Origin: Fidelibacterota bacterium
GTDB taxonomy: Bacteria; Fidelibacterota; UBA2242
DNA length: 43,419 nt
Direction of reading: 5' to 3'
NCBI GenBank assembly: GCA_028719225.1
Contig: JAQUKI010000001.1
Span: forward strand, 1 to 43,419
Shown here: positions 1 through 8,857 of the stretch, piece after piece
How the letters are laid out: each line of letters begins with the position of its first letter
Numbering within the stretch: the stretch's first letter is position 1
The notes under the pieces: model-generated
Told to the model about the DNA's origin: nothing
Seen by the model: only the letters and a program-made list of their open reading frames with translations
Database searches by the model: none
Program-made: the position numbers and the translations under genes

Positions 1-456
1 CAGCCCCTCCCGCCGGCCTACCTTGACTGACAGATTGACTGTGACATCGAAAGCCGACGCGGCTGTGTGCCCGAACTGAGAAAGGCAGCCAATCCATTTC
101 AGATTCTCTCCGTAATTGGCCGGTGGATAATGAACGTTCACAGAATCAGTCCAGTCCGATGATTCGACAACTTGTCCGGAGCCGTTAGCGCTGGTATAAT
201 TTCCAGACAGCATCTGCCAGTCGTCCGGTACCAACATCCCCAGAAATCCTTTGGACGGATTGCTGGCATCCGGATTTGAAACCGTTAAACTAAGTTCGAC
301 GGCGATGGTGTCGTATGGTTGGGCGGTTCCCGGCTGAGATACCGAATTGATCTTGCAATTTGTCAACCCGAGCAAGGCCGGAATCATAAATATAAAGAGC
401 AGCAAGCGTCCGTCTGCTGGTTTTATTACGTCTTGAATAATTTTATTTCCGGTCAC
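1..456 (-). CDS. Putative lipoprotein of unknown function; 3' end cut by the window edge. Fourth ('payload') gene of cassette 1.
   Basis: Absent from the ORF track because it runs off the window. My own reverse-strand read from GTG at 456 (GAGGA just upstream) gives MTGNKIIQDVIKPADGRLLLFIFMIPALLGLTN-C, a signal peptide with a lipobox-like Cys. The frame stays open to position 1. Confidence 0.55.
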   Translation of the reverse strand, partial: MTGNKIIQDVIKPADGRLLLFIFMIPALLGLTNCKINSVSQPGTAQPYDTIAVELSLTVSNPDASNPSKGFLGMLVPDDWQMLSGNYTSANGSGQVVESSDWTDSVNVHYPPANYGENLKWIGCLSQFGHTAASAFDVTVNLSVKVGRREGL

Positions 457-518
457 TTTTCCTCGATATTATCAGATGTTTTGATACTACCATACTCATA
501 CCGTGCATATTCACCGAT

Positions 519-1463
519 TTACATTACCAATCTTAACGTGAACCGATGAGTCGCACCGAAGATTTCACCGTAGGTAACATAGGCATAATCGAACGTCGTC
601 CCGAAGCGGCCTACGTCCGGCAATTGGAGCCCGAATCCGGTTGTCAGATTATGTTCGCTACCATTAGCGCGATAACCGCCACGCAAAGCAAACATGTTGA
701 ATAACTCATACTCCAATCCGACGCAAATCCATTCATTGGCATCGGTCGGATGAACTAATTCCGCAGAGGCTGTCAAACGATTCAATCTGGTCTTGAAAAT
801 ATTGTCGCTGGCGCCAACCCTGAACAGCAATGGCATCCTGAATTGCTGATCGGCCAATGTTATATCCGAGCCGAAATGTTGCAGGGTGAATGCCAACTTC
901 AAATCACGGAAACCGGTATGGTAAATTGTGCCTATATCAAACAAAAGATTTCCAAAACTTCGATTATCCAAAACCTCCTGAGCGTATTTTAATTGTAAAC
1001 CGATAGTCAGTTTATCGGTATAACGACGTGCAACCGCCAAACCGACAAGATAATCCCCGGCGCCGATCATATTATCCGTTCCATTGGGAGCAAGCACAGT
1101 TGTCTCATTAAATTCCTGTATTCGAAAACTTATTGCGCTAACCCCAACAACAAATGATCTAATTGGAATTGCAACGGCGAAGGCATCATGATTGCTCTCC
1201 ACCAACCAGTTACTATGCGAAAAAGTGGCTGACGGTCTGGTGACAAATCCAATGCCGGCAACGTTCCAAAAAACGGAATTCACGTCATCTGAAAGGCTGG
1301 TAAAGGCTTCGCCCATGGCGGCTTCGCGCGCTCCGACGCCGATTTTCAGAAATTGCAGTCCTGCGCTCCCGGCTTTGGTAAAATCAAATCCATAATCAAA
1401 TTGTGCCTGAATATCACCTGCGAGAACCGATATGATAAACAAAGGTAGAAGTAATTTCTTCAT
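519..1463 (-). CDS. PorV/PorQ-family-like outer-membrane beta-barrel protein (cassette 1).
   Basis: Start trimmed to the internal ATG at 1463 (MKKLLLPLFIISVLAGDIQA|Q signal peptide). The longer ORF would overlap the upstream gene by 92 nt. Motifs LKIGVGAREAAMGEAFT and FWNVAGI match my recollection of PorV/PorQ (UPF0164-like) proteins. Clear paralog of 22600-23613. Confidence 0.7.
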   Translation of the reverse strand: MKKLLLPLFIISVLAGDIQAQFDYGFDFTKAGSAGLQFLKIGVGAREAAMGEAFTSLSDDVNSVFWNVAGIGFVTRPSATFSHSNWLVESNHDAFAVAIPIRSFVVGVSAISFRIQEFNETTVLAPNGTDNMIGAGDYLVGLAVARRYTDKLTIGLQLKYAQEVLDNRSFGNLLFDIGTIYHTGFRDLKLAFTLQHFGSDITLADQQFRMPLLFRVGASDNIFKTRLNRLTASAELVHPTDANEWICVGLEYELFNMFALRGGYRANGSEHNLTTGFGLQLPDVGRFGTTFDYAYVTYGEIFGATHRFTLRLVM

Positions 1464-1473
1464 ACATATCACC

Positions 1474-3348
1474 TTACTTGATAAGGACCAATGATCCTTT
1501 AGCAGTTCCGACGTTCGAATCGACCGTCCAGAAATAAATTCCCGGAGCCGTTCGCTGGCGGGCATCAGTCAACTGATCCCAAACTTCTTCACCGGATGCG
1601 GAATTGTTATGCTTCATGGTTCTAACCAATTCACCCGCTACCGTATAAATTCTAATTGTACAGATTGCCGGTAAATTTGTCCAAACTATTGAATTGGCAT
1701 CCGCTCTTGATGGAAATCCGGACGTTTCCCGAAAAGGATTCGGAAAAACCTTTACATGAAGTGTTGTTGTATCCGGAAAACTGGACGCAAGAACTGGTTC
1801 GCTATTGCGATTTGTTATCCAGCTCTCATTACCGGAACTGTCTTTTCCCGTAACCGCATAATAGTATCCAACACCCAGACTGATCGTATTATCGTCATAC
1901 TGCCAGCGACCGGTCTCTTCATTAAAATAGCGATCAATCGAAACTGTATTTCCCGGCTTAATACTTTTTACTTTGGCTGTCCATGGTCCATTAAAAGAAA
2001 TTTCACTCCGATAAAGGTTATATTCTTTGAAATCATTTCGGCCAGTAACCGGATCTAAATAGCTCGTTTCATTTGTATCCCAACTTATCGATATTTTTTT
2101 GCTGGAAGGCAGGGGCACAATTTCAATCTCCGGCGAGGGCGGCGGAACCGCAGTTATCCGGCAATCATTGTTATAAAGTGTCTTTGCATCATCAATCGTC
2201 TCCTGCAACATAGCCAATCCTTGTTTCAACTTTGCCTGTGCCGCATCTAATTCCGTCAACTGAATATCGATGCAATCTTTCAGCGGAAGGCCATCGACAG
2301 CTTCAACAATCGTTATCCGTATCGAATCGGAATCTTCAATATCATAAGGGCCACAGCTCATTATCATAATTGGAGCGACATGTTTTACCGGATCTGCTTG
2401 AAGAGATTTGTCGGTTCCATTCATTATCGCGTACAGACCGGCCCGGCTGGCTGTTCCGCTCAATGTAAAAGACTGACTTTGGCCGACAGTACTTGCCCAA
2501 AATACATTTGCCGGCTGATCTCTTCCATCCGAAGCCGGATCCGCTCCTAATAATGCATAACCGGCATATCCCGGCGTGCGGATTTCCTCAGCGTCATCCC
2601 AGTAATTACCCCAGTCCCACATATACTGCGTAAAATCGGCCATGTAGTTGTCATAGGCATAAAATAAAGCTCTCGTACTATCGTATGCCACCGATTCATC
2701 TTCACGGGTTTCTTCGTCTCCCCAGCCGTTATGAACGACCACGTCCTGATAACTCGGCCGGATTAAATAGACAAGCCCGAAATAAGCATCGGTCATTTTT
2801 GAACCCGTCAGGTTGCTCACGACATAATCAACGATGATCAGATTGTTAATATCGGGAAAACTCCAGGCTTTGCTGGTTCTCTTGACGTGAATGTTTTCCG
2901 GTGTCGTCCATTCTGCAACGATTGTCTGTTCCGGTTTATTGGGATCATAATCCGAACTTTCTACATAATTCTCGGTTTCGACTAAATCTTTAAAAGTACC
3001 GTAATTGACAGCAGATAAGGGTCCGTTTTCTGAAAAATTGATTGTCCCGCCGATGTCTTTCCATCCAACCCAAACTCCGGCACCCATCATATACGAACGT
3101 TGATCGTCCTTATCTCCTAAATCATGAGGACCGCCCGGCCAATCCATGCTGGGATAAAATTGGTACCGACTTGTAGGGCTTGGCGCGCCAATGGTTCCGT
3201 CGTCTTTCATCGTTTCCCAGAGTATGCCGCGATCATGAATTTTGAATGCGGCAGTTCGCTGCGCCTGAAGCGGTAAATACATAACTGTAATCGCGGAAAA
3301 TAGAATTATGCTCTTCTGAATATTTTTGGTCATAAGTAAATCCTTCAT
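1474..3348 (-). CDS. Uncharacterised secreted protein with an FN3-like module and a divergent T9SS C-terminal sorting domain (cassette 1).
   Basis: Signal peptide ends ...YLPLQA|Q. An alternative ATG at 3333 has an AAGGA Shine-Dalgarno site. FN3-like segment: ISISWD...YNLYRSE...YYYAVTGKD. C-terminus VFPNPF...TIRIYTVAGELV...APGIYFWTV...LVLIK resembles a type-A CTD. Paralog of 23615-25636. Confidence 0.7.
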   Translation of the reverse strand: MKDLLMTKNIQKSIILFSAITVMYLPLQAQRTAAFKIHDRGILWETMKDDGTIGAPSPTSRYQFYPSMDWPGGPHDLGDKDDQRSYMMGAGVWVGWKDIGGTINFSENGPLSAVNYGTFKDLVETENYVESSDYDPNKPEQTIVAEWTTPENIHVKRTSKAWSFPDINNLIIVDYVVSNLTGSKMTDAYFGLVYLIRPSYQDVVVHNGWGDEETREDESVAYDSTRALFYAYDNYMADFTQYMWDWGNYWDDAEEIRTPGYAGYALLGADPASDGRDQPANVFWASTVGQSQSFTLSGTASRAGLYAIMNGTDKSLQADPVKHVAPIMIMSCGPYDIEDSDSIRITIVEAVDGLPLKDCIDIQLTELDAAQAKLKQGLAMLQETIDDAKTLYNNDCRITAVPPPSPEIEIVPLPSSKKISISWDTNETSYLDPVTGRNDFKEYNLYRSEISFNGPWTAKVKSIKPGNTVSIDRYFNEETGRWQYDDNTISLGVGYYYAVTGKDSSGNESWITNRNSEPVLASSFPDTTTLHVKVFPNPFRETSGFPSRADANSIVWTNLPAICTIRIYTVAGELVRTMKHNNSASGEEVWDQLTDARQRTAPGIYFWTVDSNVGTAKGSLVLIK

Positions 3349-3361
3349 ATTACACCGGTTT

Positions 3362-6300
3362 TCAACGAAAACAGTATTTTATTCCAAAATATATTCTTCG
3401 GGGCGGGCCATAAGTTTGCCACGAAATATCATAACCATCTTCATCAACCGTTGTAATCGTACCATCGTTTATATAATTAGCCAGAACGTTATCAGAGTAA
3501 TATTCACCCAGAGAAATCAAATTTTTCCAGTTAAATAGGTTGGTGACACGAAAATAGGCATAAAACTGGTTATCCTTACCGATTATAAACGACTTCTCTA
3601 TTCGCAAATCTACCGTCTGATAGGCCGGATAACGATAGTTATCATAAGTATCCGGTGAATCCTCGGCATCAAGGTATGTGAATGTCTGACCGCTGATGTA
3701 TTGATACAAGATACTTGCGCTAAGATTTTTGCAGATCGGCGTAATAACCGGAATAGCTAAGCGTTCCGGATATTTCACATACAGACCTGTTCTTAGAGTA
3801 TGTGGGCGGCTGTAAGTGTTCTGCACCGGAATACGTTTGTTTACATCGGTATCCCATGTGTAAGTATATGTTCCGGATGAATCGATGTATATATATGCCG
3901 GACTCGCGCGACCGACTGTCGATTTCGAAAAACTGTAACTGACGTCAAACGTGAAATATTTAGAAAAAAGCGTCCTCAGAGTTACTTCAAAACCCCGTGC
4001 GTCTCCATAATCGCCGGGAAAGGAACTAACATAAAAAATTGTTTGAGATGTCTCATTTGTATAAGGATTATATCCATAAATGCGTCGATCAAACAGTTGT
4101 GAACGCGCATCCGTTTTATCGAACATGTCTTTATAATAAGCTGTCACATCCAAAACAGCCAGATTGCCGAAGTTTTGTTTGATGCCAACTTCGAACGATT
4201 TCGTCAGCTCCGGTTTTAACGGTTCCGCGGTTAAAAACACGACTCGCTCCGGGTCGCCAGACGTTGATGGAATGTGTGCCGCAACCCGGCCTTCGGCTAT
4301 TGCCGCAGCGTTTTCTGCTGCAACCGCTTCGATAAGATATTGAGAGCGTAGATAACTGAGTTCGAACATCCGGTCTAACGGTGGCATCTGATAAAAATGA
4401 CCGTAGCTGAAATGAAGTAAAGTATTCTCGGTTACCGGATACGAGACACCTAAACGCGGACTGAACATATGATAGGTCCTTGACTGTTCTCGCGGTTGAT
4501 TCAGTACGTTTTCGAATGAATATTTAACATTTCCGTTTGAATCAACCTGATCTCCGTCCGGATCCAAACTTGCCTCGTAGTCGGGATTCGCACTGAATTG
4601 GTAAATGTTGTTTGTGGCAAACCATTCATAATTCGGATCGAAATAATCATATCGCAATCCGAAATTTAGAATCATGCTTTCGAATTCCATTTTATTTTGA
4701 ATGTATGTCGCAAATTGGATGGGATAGTAAGTCTCGTTCAAACCGCGATTCATCCATAATTCAGGATTTTCCTCTCTATCAATATATGAAGGATAGCGAT
4801 AAGATTTTAACTCGGCTTCTTTATTATAACGAAACTCAAAGCCTGTTTTTAAAAAATTATATGAATTCCACTGCCAATTCAAACTGCCGACCAAAGACAA
4901 ATCGCCGGTTTTCCAATGCTGGTCATAAACAAATGACCAGGCGTCGAACGGTTCAACATAAGTATCATAAGACAAAGTATCATAACGTTGCCAGCCCCAA
5001 ATATCGGGGTTGGAACTAACGCCAAGTTCTGTATATTTGCTCGGATATTCCTTAATATCCACCGAATAATAACTCAATTTCAGATCATAGTTCATTTTAT
5101 TTGAAATCACATGATCCCAGAGAAGGCTAGCACTAAATGTTTCCGTGTCCAGTAACGATCCCCATCCGCGGTAAAATTTGGCCTGATTGACAAATTGACC
5201 TTTTTCCTGCATGGTCGAACCTTCGTCCAAATTATAAAATCCAGTCAGGCGCAATTTCATATTCGAGTGAACCTGAAAGGCAAAATTATAGGTCACGTTG
5301 GTAAGATCGTGCGAATTTCTCGGATGCGGAAGTGTGTATGCCTCACTTTTGAGCTGGGATGCCACGAAAAATGTACTCTTTAGGTCGCCAATATTAAAAA
5401 GCAAACCGCCGACTGAAAAATAAAAATTATAGTCTGGAATTTTCCGATAATCATAGATGTTTTTTCTTCGATAATCCGTCATCCAGTCCGGATCTAATAC
5501 GCCCAATCCAAGCGAGTCATTATGGTAGTTATAAGCGTAATCAAGCCACCAAATATCGTCGGGAGTGTTTGTGTGATCGCGATATTCTTTCTGATATTTA
5601 GACCACCACTTATCATCCGATGCGGACATTTGCGAGATAAATTCCGCTGAATCTTCTGCCGTCGGAGAAGAACTCCCAAATGACGACAACCAATTGTCAT
5701 ATTCATCGGATAGGTTTTCCAAATGATTCTGATACTGATTCGCGGTCGGATGGGCATAAAGATATGTGCCAAAATGATGTTGTCCGGCTAAACCATATTC
5801 ATATTCAAGTGAAAATTTTAACTTCTCTTTGCCTTCTTTGGTTACAACGTTTACAATTCCAGACTGAGCTTCACCGTATTCAGCATTAAATCCGGAGGTT
5901 ATGATTTGTAATTCCTGAATAGAATGCAAATTTACATCCGTAAATGAACCGCCTTGATCTGCGCGGCCCTCCATTAGAGAAGCGGCTCGTACGCCGTCGA
6001 TGTACCATTTGACTTCACCCTGATCTCCACCTCGGATAGAATACCGGCTTTCACCACGACCGGCTTCATTCGGACCAGAAATAACCGGGGCCGGATCGAA
6101 ATAAACACCGGTTTGAATCATCATAACTTCTTTCGCATTGCTAAAAGGAAGTTGGGTTAATTCGTCTATCTCGACAAATTGGGTGCTGTTGGTGACATCT
6201 TTTTGAATTACCGGCCTTTTGGCAACCACTACAACCTCTTCGCCCTCAATTGCCTGAGTTTCCAATTCCGCGTTGACCATTGTAGTATGATCAGTCATCA

Positions 6301-6592
6301 CTTTAATATCCGTGATCGTCATTTTTTTATATCCAATAATGGATGCATTGAGGGAATACACACCCGGTGGAACAGACAAAATGAAATATTCACCGTTTTG
6401 GTCTGTAGCAGCTCCGAATTCAGTACCTTCCAAAATGATGTTCACTCCGACCAGAACCAGACCGGTTGTTTTATCGGTAATCACTCCGTGCAATTTTCCG
6501 GTAACACCACCCAAACAGATTGTGGTCATCAGGTACAGCAGTACTACAATCGAAAATATTTTGTTCGTCGTCCGCTCCATATCGTCTCCCAT
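3362..6592 (-). CDS. TonB-dependent-receptor-like outer-membrane barrel with N-terminal CarboxypepD_reg domain (SusC-like architecture; cassette 1).
   Basis: 1076 aa with a signal peptide. GKLHGVITD...VGVNIILEGTEFGAATDQNGEYFILSVPPGVYSL is a CarboxypepD_reg fold. EEVVVVA is a TonB-box-like motif as seen in SusC. Plug-like region (IRGG, DGV) followed by a long Y/F/N/D-rich barrel. Paralog of 25667-28483. Confidence 0.85.
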   Translation of the reverse strand: MGDDMERTTNKIFSIVVLLYLMTTICLGGVTGKLHGVITDKTTGLVLVGVNIILEGTEFGAATDQNGEYFILSVPPGVYSLNASIIGYKKMTITDIKVMTDHTTMVNAELETQAIEGEEVVVVAKRPVIQKDVTNSTQFVEIDELTQLPFSNAKEVMMIQTGVYFDPAPVISGPNEAGRGESRYSIRGGDQGEVKWYIDGVRAASLMEGRADQGGSFTDVNLHSIQELQIITSGFNAEYGEAQSGIVNVVTKEGKEKLKFSLEYEYGLAGQHHFGTYLYAHPTANQYQNHLENLSDEYDNWLSSFGSSSPTAEDSAEFISQMSASDDKWWSKYQKEYRDHTNTPDDIWWLDYAYNYHNDSLGLGVLDPDWMTDYRRKNIYDYRKIPDYNFYFSVGGLLFNIGDLKSTFFVASQLKSEAYTLPHPRNSHDLTNVTYNFAFQVHSNMKLRLTGFYNLDEGSTMQEKGQFVNQAKFYRGWGSLLDTETFSASLLWDHVISNKMNYDLKLSYYSVDIKEYPSKYTELGVSSNPDIWGWQRYDTLSYDTYVEPFDAWSFVYDQHWKTGDLSLVGSLNWQWNSYNFLKTGFEFRYNKEAELKSYRYPSYIDREENPELWMNRGLNETYYPIQFATYIQNKMEFESMILNFGLRYDYFDPNYEWFATNNIYQFSANPDYEASLDPDGDQVDSNGNVKYSFENVLNQPREQSRTYHMFSPRLGVSYPVTENTLLHFSYGHFYQMPPLDRMFELSYLRSQYLIEAVAAENAAAIAEGRVAAHIPSTSGDPERVVFLTAEPLKPELTKSFEVGIKQNFGNLAVLDVTAYYKDMFDKTDARSQLFDRRIYGYNPYTNETSQTIFYVSSFPGDYGDARGFEVTLRTLFSKYFTFDVSYSFSKSTVGRASPAYIYIDSSGTYTYTWDTDVNKRIPVQNTYSRPHTLRTGLYVKYPERLAIPVITPICKNLSASILYQYISGQTFTYLDAEDSPDTYDNYRYPAYQTVDLRIEKSFIIGKDNQFYAYFRVTNLFNWKNLISLGEYYSDNVLANYINDGTITTVDEDGYDISWQTYGPPRRIYFGIKYCFR

Positions 6593-6616
6593 TGATTTTA
6601 CAATTGTCAGACCATT

Positions 6617-7324
6617 TCACATATATTGATCGATAATATCCCGGATGATTTTAAACCGAGTTTCCATGATTTCGATGACCTCTTTTTCATCACCCGCTTT
6701 CAAGGCCGTGAGCAAATTACGATGCAATTCGTAATCTTTTTCGTGCGGCATGTGAGAATTGAGCACTTCTAGTTGGTCATCCGAATAAAGGTTGGTAATT
6801 GCTATCACGATTTCAAAAAGGATCGTATTATTAGCCGCCTTCCGCATCATGTTTTCAATTTCCAGATAATTCAATGCACATTTAACATAATCATCGGGAT
6901 AATTTTCAGATTTCTTCAACAGTTCTTCAAACCGGGTGAAATGCTCGGCGGTCAGATTTGGCATCGCCAGATGAATGATACGGCTTTCAATGGCTATCCG
7001 CGCATCTATCAGTTCGAGCAATTTTTCCTTTTTTAAGGATTCTTCAACAATGACCGGGTTCGGTAAAAATAATCGATTAAAATATTTTCCGACAAACATG
7101 CCACTGCCGTGTTTTACCTCGACCGAATTAATGGTTTCGAGTTTCTTAATCGCCTCACGCAGAGTTGGTACACCGACCTCAAACATGCGCGCCAGTTCCG
7201 TCGCTGAAGGTAACCGATCGCCTTGTTTATAACCTTGTTCGGTCACGAAAATCCGCAATTTTTTAACAATTCCATCGGGTAAGGATTGTTTACGGATGGG
7301 CATTATGCCATTTGTTTCATTCAT
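6617..7324 (-). CDS. GntR-family transcriptional regulator, FadR-like C-terminal domain.
   Basis: wHTH signature RLPSATELARMFEVGVPTLREAIKKLE with an all-helical C-terminal domain. Start set at ATG 7324 (GGAGATAAAA upstream), giving a typical ~235 aa protein. ATG 7444 (AGGAG+7) is an alternative. Only 24 nt separates it from the TBDR-like gene on the same strand. Confidence 0.85.
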   Translation of the reverse strand: MNETNGIMPIRKQSLPDGIVKKLRIFVTEQGYKQGDRLPSATELARMFEVGVPTLREAIKKLETINSVEVKHGSGMFVGKYFNRLFLPNPVIVEESLKKEKLLELIDARIAIESRIIHLAMPNLTAEHFTRFEELLKKSENYPDDYVKCALNYLEIENMMRKAANNTILFEIVIAITNLYSDDQLEVLNSHMPHEKDYELHRNLLTALKAGDEKEVIEIMETRFKIIRDIIDQYM

Positions 7325-7501
7325 TTTATCTCCAAAATTGTGCCGGTTTGATATCGAGTCAAGATACTCGAGGAGTAATCTATGAATTCTTTTGAGCGCG
7401 AAACCTGAAGTAATTTTTTCCTTAAGATTACCGGAACCATCCAATTGCTCCTACGATACTCATCAACTCATAAAGTTATCAAAAGATATTAAGACTTTGT
7501 A

Positions 7502-7530
7502 AGTGTAAAGTTTTTTTTAATGATTTGCAA
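7502..7530 (-). promoter_or_regulatory. Candidate sigma70-type promoter for the GntR gene.
   Basis: The reverse strand reads TTGCAA, a 17-nt spacer, then TACACT. Pattern match only. Confidence 0.3.
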
Positions 7531-7596
7531 GAAATATTTCCGCGTCAGGACAAAAGGATTAGCGGCAGGTTATTTCCGAAGCGTATGTTTTCGTTT

Positions 7597-8676
7597 TTAA
7601 TAAATTCCTAATTCTTTCGCCAGATTGATGATTTTTTCAAAATCCAGCAAACTGACAGATGAGGGCACCGAATGATCGGATGAAAAAATATATCCGCCAT
7701 CCTCTTTTAAAATCGGTACAAGTCGTTTCATCTCCGCCATAATCTGCTCCGGATCGTTCCAAAGAACAGCATTGATGCCGCCGTGCAAAACAAGGTCTTT
7801 CCCATATTCTTTCTTTAAAAAGAGTGGATCCATTCCCGCCTTGACTTCGAGCGGATTCAGCGCATCCAATCCCATAGAAATCAATTCCGGAACGAACGGA
7901 TTGATGTCGCCGCAGGAATGCAAATGTGCCTTGATTCCCTTCGCATGCGCCCAATCAATTGCTCTTTGATGAAATGGTTTGAGTAGATTTCGGTACATTT
8001 TCAGCGAAAAAAACTGGCTGTTTTTGTAGCCCATATCATCCGGCCACCAAATGCTATCGAAGTGATAACCCGCATCCCAAACCATGTCCAGCAAAGTCAG
8101 ATTGACTTCCAGCAAGTGACCGAACATATCGCGGCACCAATTCGGATTCTCGACTAAAGCAAATAAAAACCGTTCCGTTCCGACGATCCATGAATGAGTC
8201 ACATCAAATCCAAACCATAGATCGGCGCAAATCCAGTTGCCTTTTTCGCGCCACCGTTGAAAATCTTGCTCCAGTTCTTTCCAACTGATACGAATCGGAT
8301 CGGGTGTAATTTGCTCTTTCGCACGTTGCCATGACGCGGGATCGACGATAGTAAAATTCAGAAACTCCGGCGTGGAATTCTGCCAGAGCCATTCTTTTTG
8401 TGTTGCGCCCCATTTCGTTGTGTAAATTTTGTATTGCTCAGTTACTTCTATGGTTTGCTCAGGATAACACGGAGAATTGTCAACCTTGATATGTTCGACA
8501 CGGTCTATTCCAAAGAAATCAATCCAGTTAGTATCTTTCGGCAAACCCTCTTTTTCCCAGCGGGTGAGAGTGGCTTTCCATGGAGTGTCGATAATTGGAA
8601 TACGGTCGGCATGACGATGTTCGAACATACGTAAAAATCTTTCTCGGCTGGTCATTTCATCCATCCTGATCCTCAT
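7597..8676 (-). CDS. Uroporphyrinogen-decarboxylase (URO-D)/MtaA-like family protein.
   Basis: 359 aa. N-terminus ERFLRMFEHRHADRIPI and HLHSCGD (His-x-Cys motif of MtaA/MtbA-type Zn methyltransferases) are typical of the URO-D superfamily. The start is ambiguous among three ATGs at 8676, 8664 and 8655. Confidence 0.75.
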   Translation of the reverse strand: MRIRMDEMTSRERFLRMFEHRHADRIPIIDTPWKATLTRWEKEGLPKDTNWIDFFGIDRVEHIKVDNSPCYPEQTIEVTEQYKIYTTKWGATQKEWLWQNSTPEFLNFTIVDPASWQRAKEQITPDPIRISWKELEQDFQRWREKGNWICADLWFGFDVTHSWIVGTERFLFALVENPNWCRDMFGHLLEVNLTLLDMVWDAGYHFDSIWWPDDMGYKNSQFFSLKMYRNLLKPFHQRAIDWAHAKGIKAHLHSCGDINPFVPELISMGLDALNPLEVKAGMDPLFLKKEYGKDLVLHGGINAVLWNDPEQIMAEMKRLVPILKEDGGYIFSSDHSVPSSVSLLDFEKIINLAKELGIY

Positions 8677-8804
8677 TCTATCTTTTCCAAATCATTGATT
8701 ACAACAGTACAAACCATAACAAAACATTTTTTAATAAATCATATGTAATGACAATATAGAGCAACATTTGAATAAAATGAAGATGTTTTTCGTCGTCATG
8801 ACTA

Positions 8805-8833
8805 TTTACAGATAGATGAATAAACGGTAAGTT
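8805..8833 (+). promoter_or_regulatory. Candidate sigma70-type promoter for the 8858 operon.
   Basis: TTTACA, a 17-nt spacer, then TAAGTT, about 25 nt upstream of the AAGGAG Shine-Dalgarno site and ATG. Pattern match only. Confidence 0.35.
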
Positions 8834-8857
8834 TGTGTTGTTTATTAAGGAGAAGAA

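Noticed and set aside
1192-1395. 67-aa plus-strand ORF resembling the 23363-23653 ORF (shared ...KASPMAA.RAPTPI.RN...), which could look like a conserved small gene.
   Set aside because: Both are antisense translations of the conserved GVGAR.A.MGEAF-coding block of the two PorV-like paralogs. The conservation belongs to the minus-strand genes.
1464-1565. N-terminal extension of PorV-like gene 1, overlapping the upstream CDS.
   Set aside because: It would overlap the 624-aa gene by 92 nt and would bury the signal peptide 34 residues from the N-terminus.
3326-6629. Several 60-140-aa plus-strand ORFs (for example 4612-5019, 6179-6595 and 6312-6629) antisense to the TBDR-like gene. Similar ORFs lie opposite 19845-28483 and sprA.
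   Set aside because: They are all embedded in long, well-supported genes on the other strand, lack Shine-Dalgarno sites, and have biased, non-protein-like composition. They are shadow ORFs.
7531-7540. 10-bp perfect palindrome GAAATATTTC upstream of the GntR gene.
   Set aside because: It is a single short AT-rich palindrome adjacent to the candidate -35 element. It is a plausible autoregulatory site but indistinguishable from chance without comparative data.
8677-8857. Possible cobalamin riboswitch or GntR operator in the divergent region; contains the palindromes GTCATGAC and TGTAATGACA.
   Set aside because: The region is AT-rich and has nothing resembling a B12 box or the paired GC-rich stems of RF00174. 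The palindromes are only 8-10 bp and unreplicated, so they are within chance expectation. An operator remains possible but is not supported.
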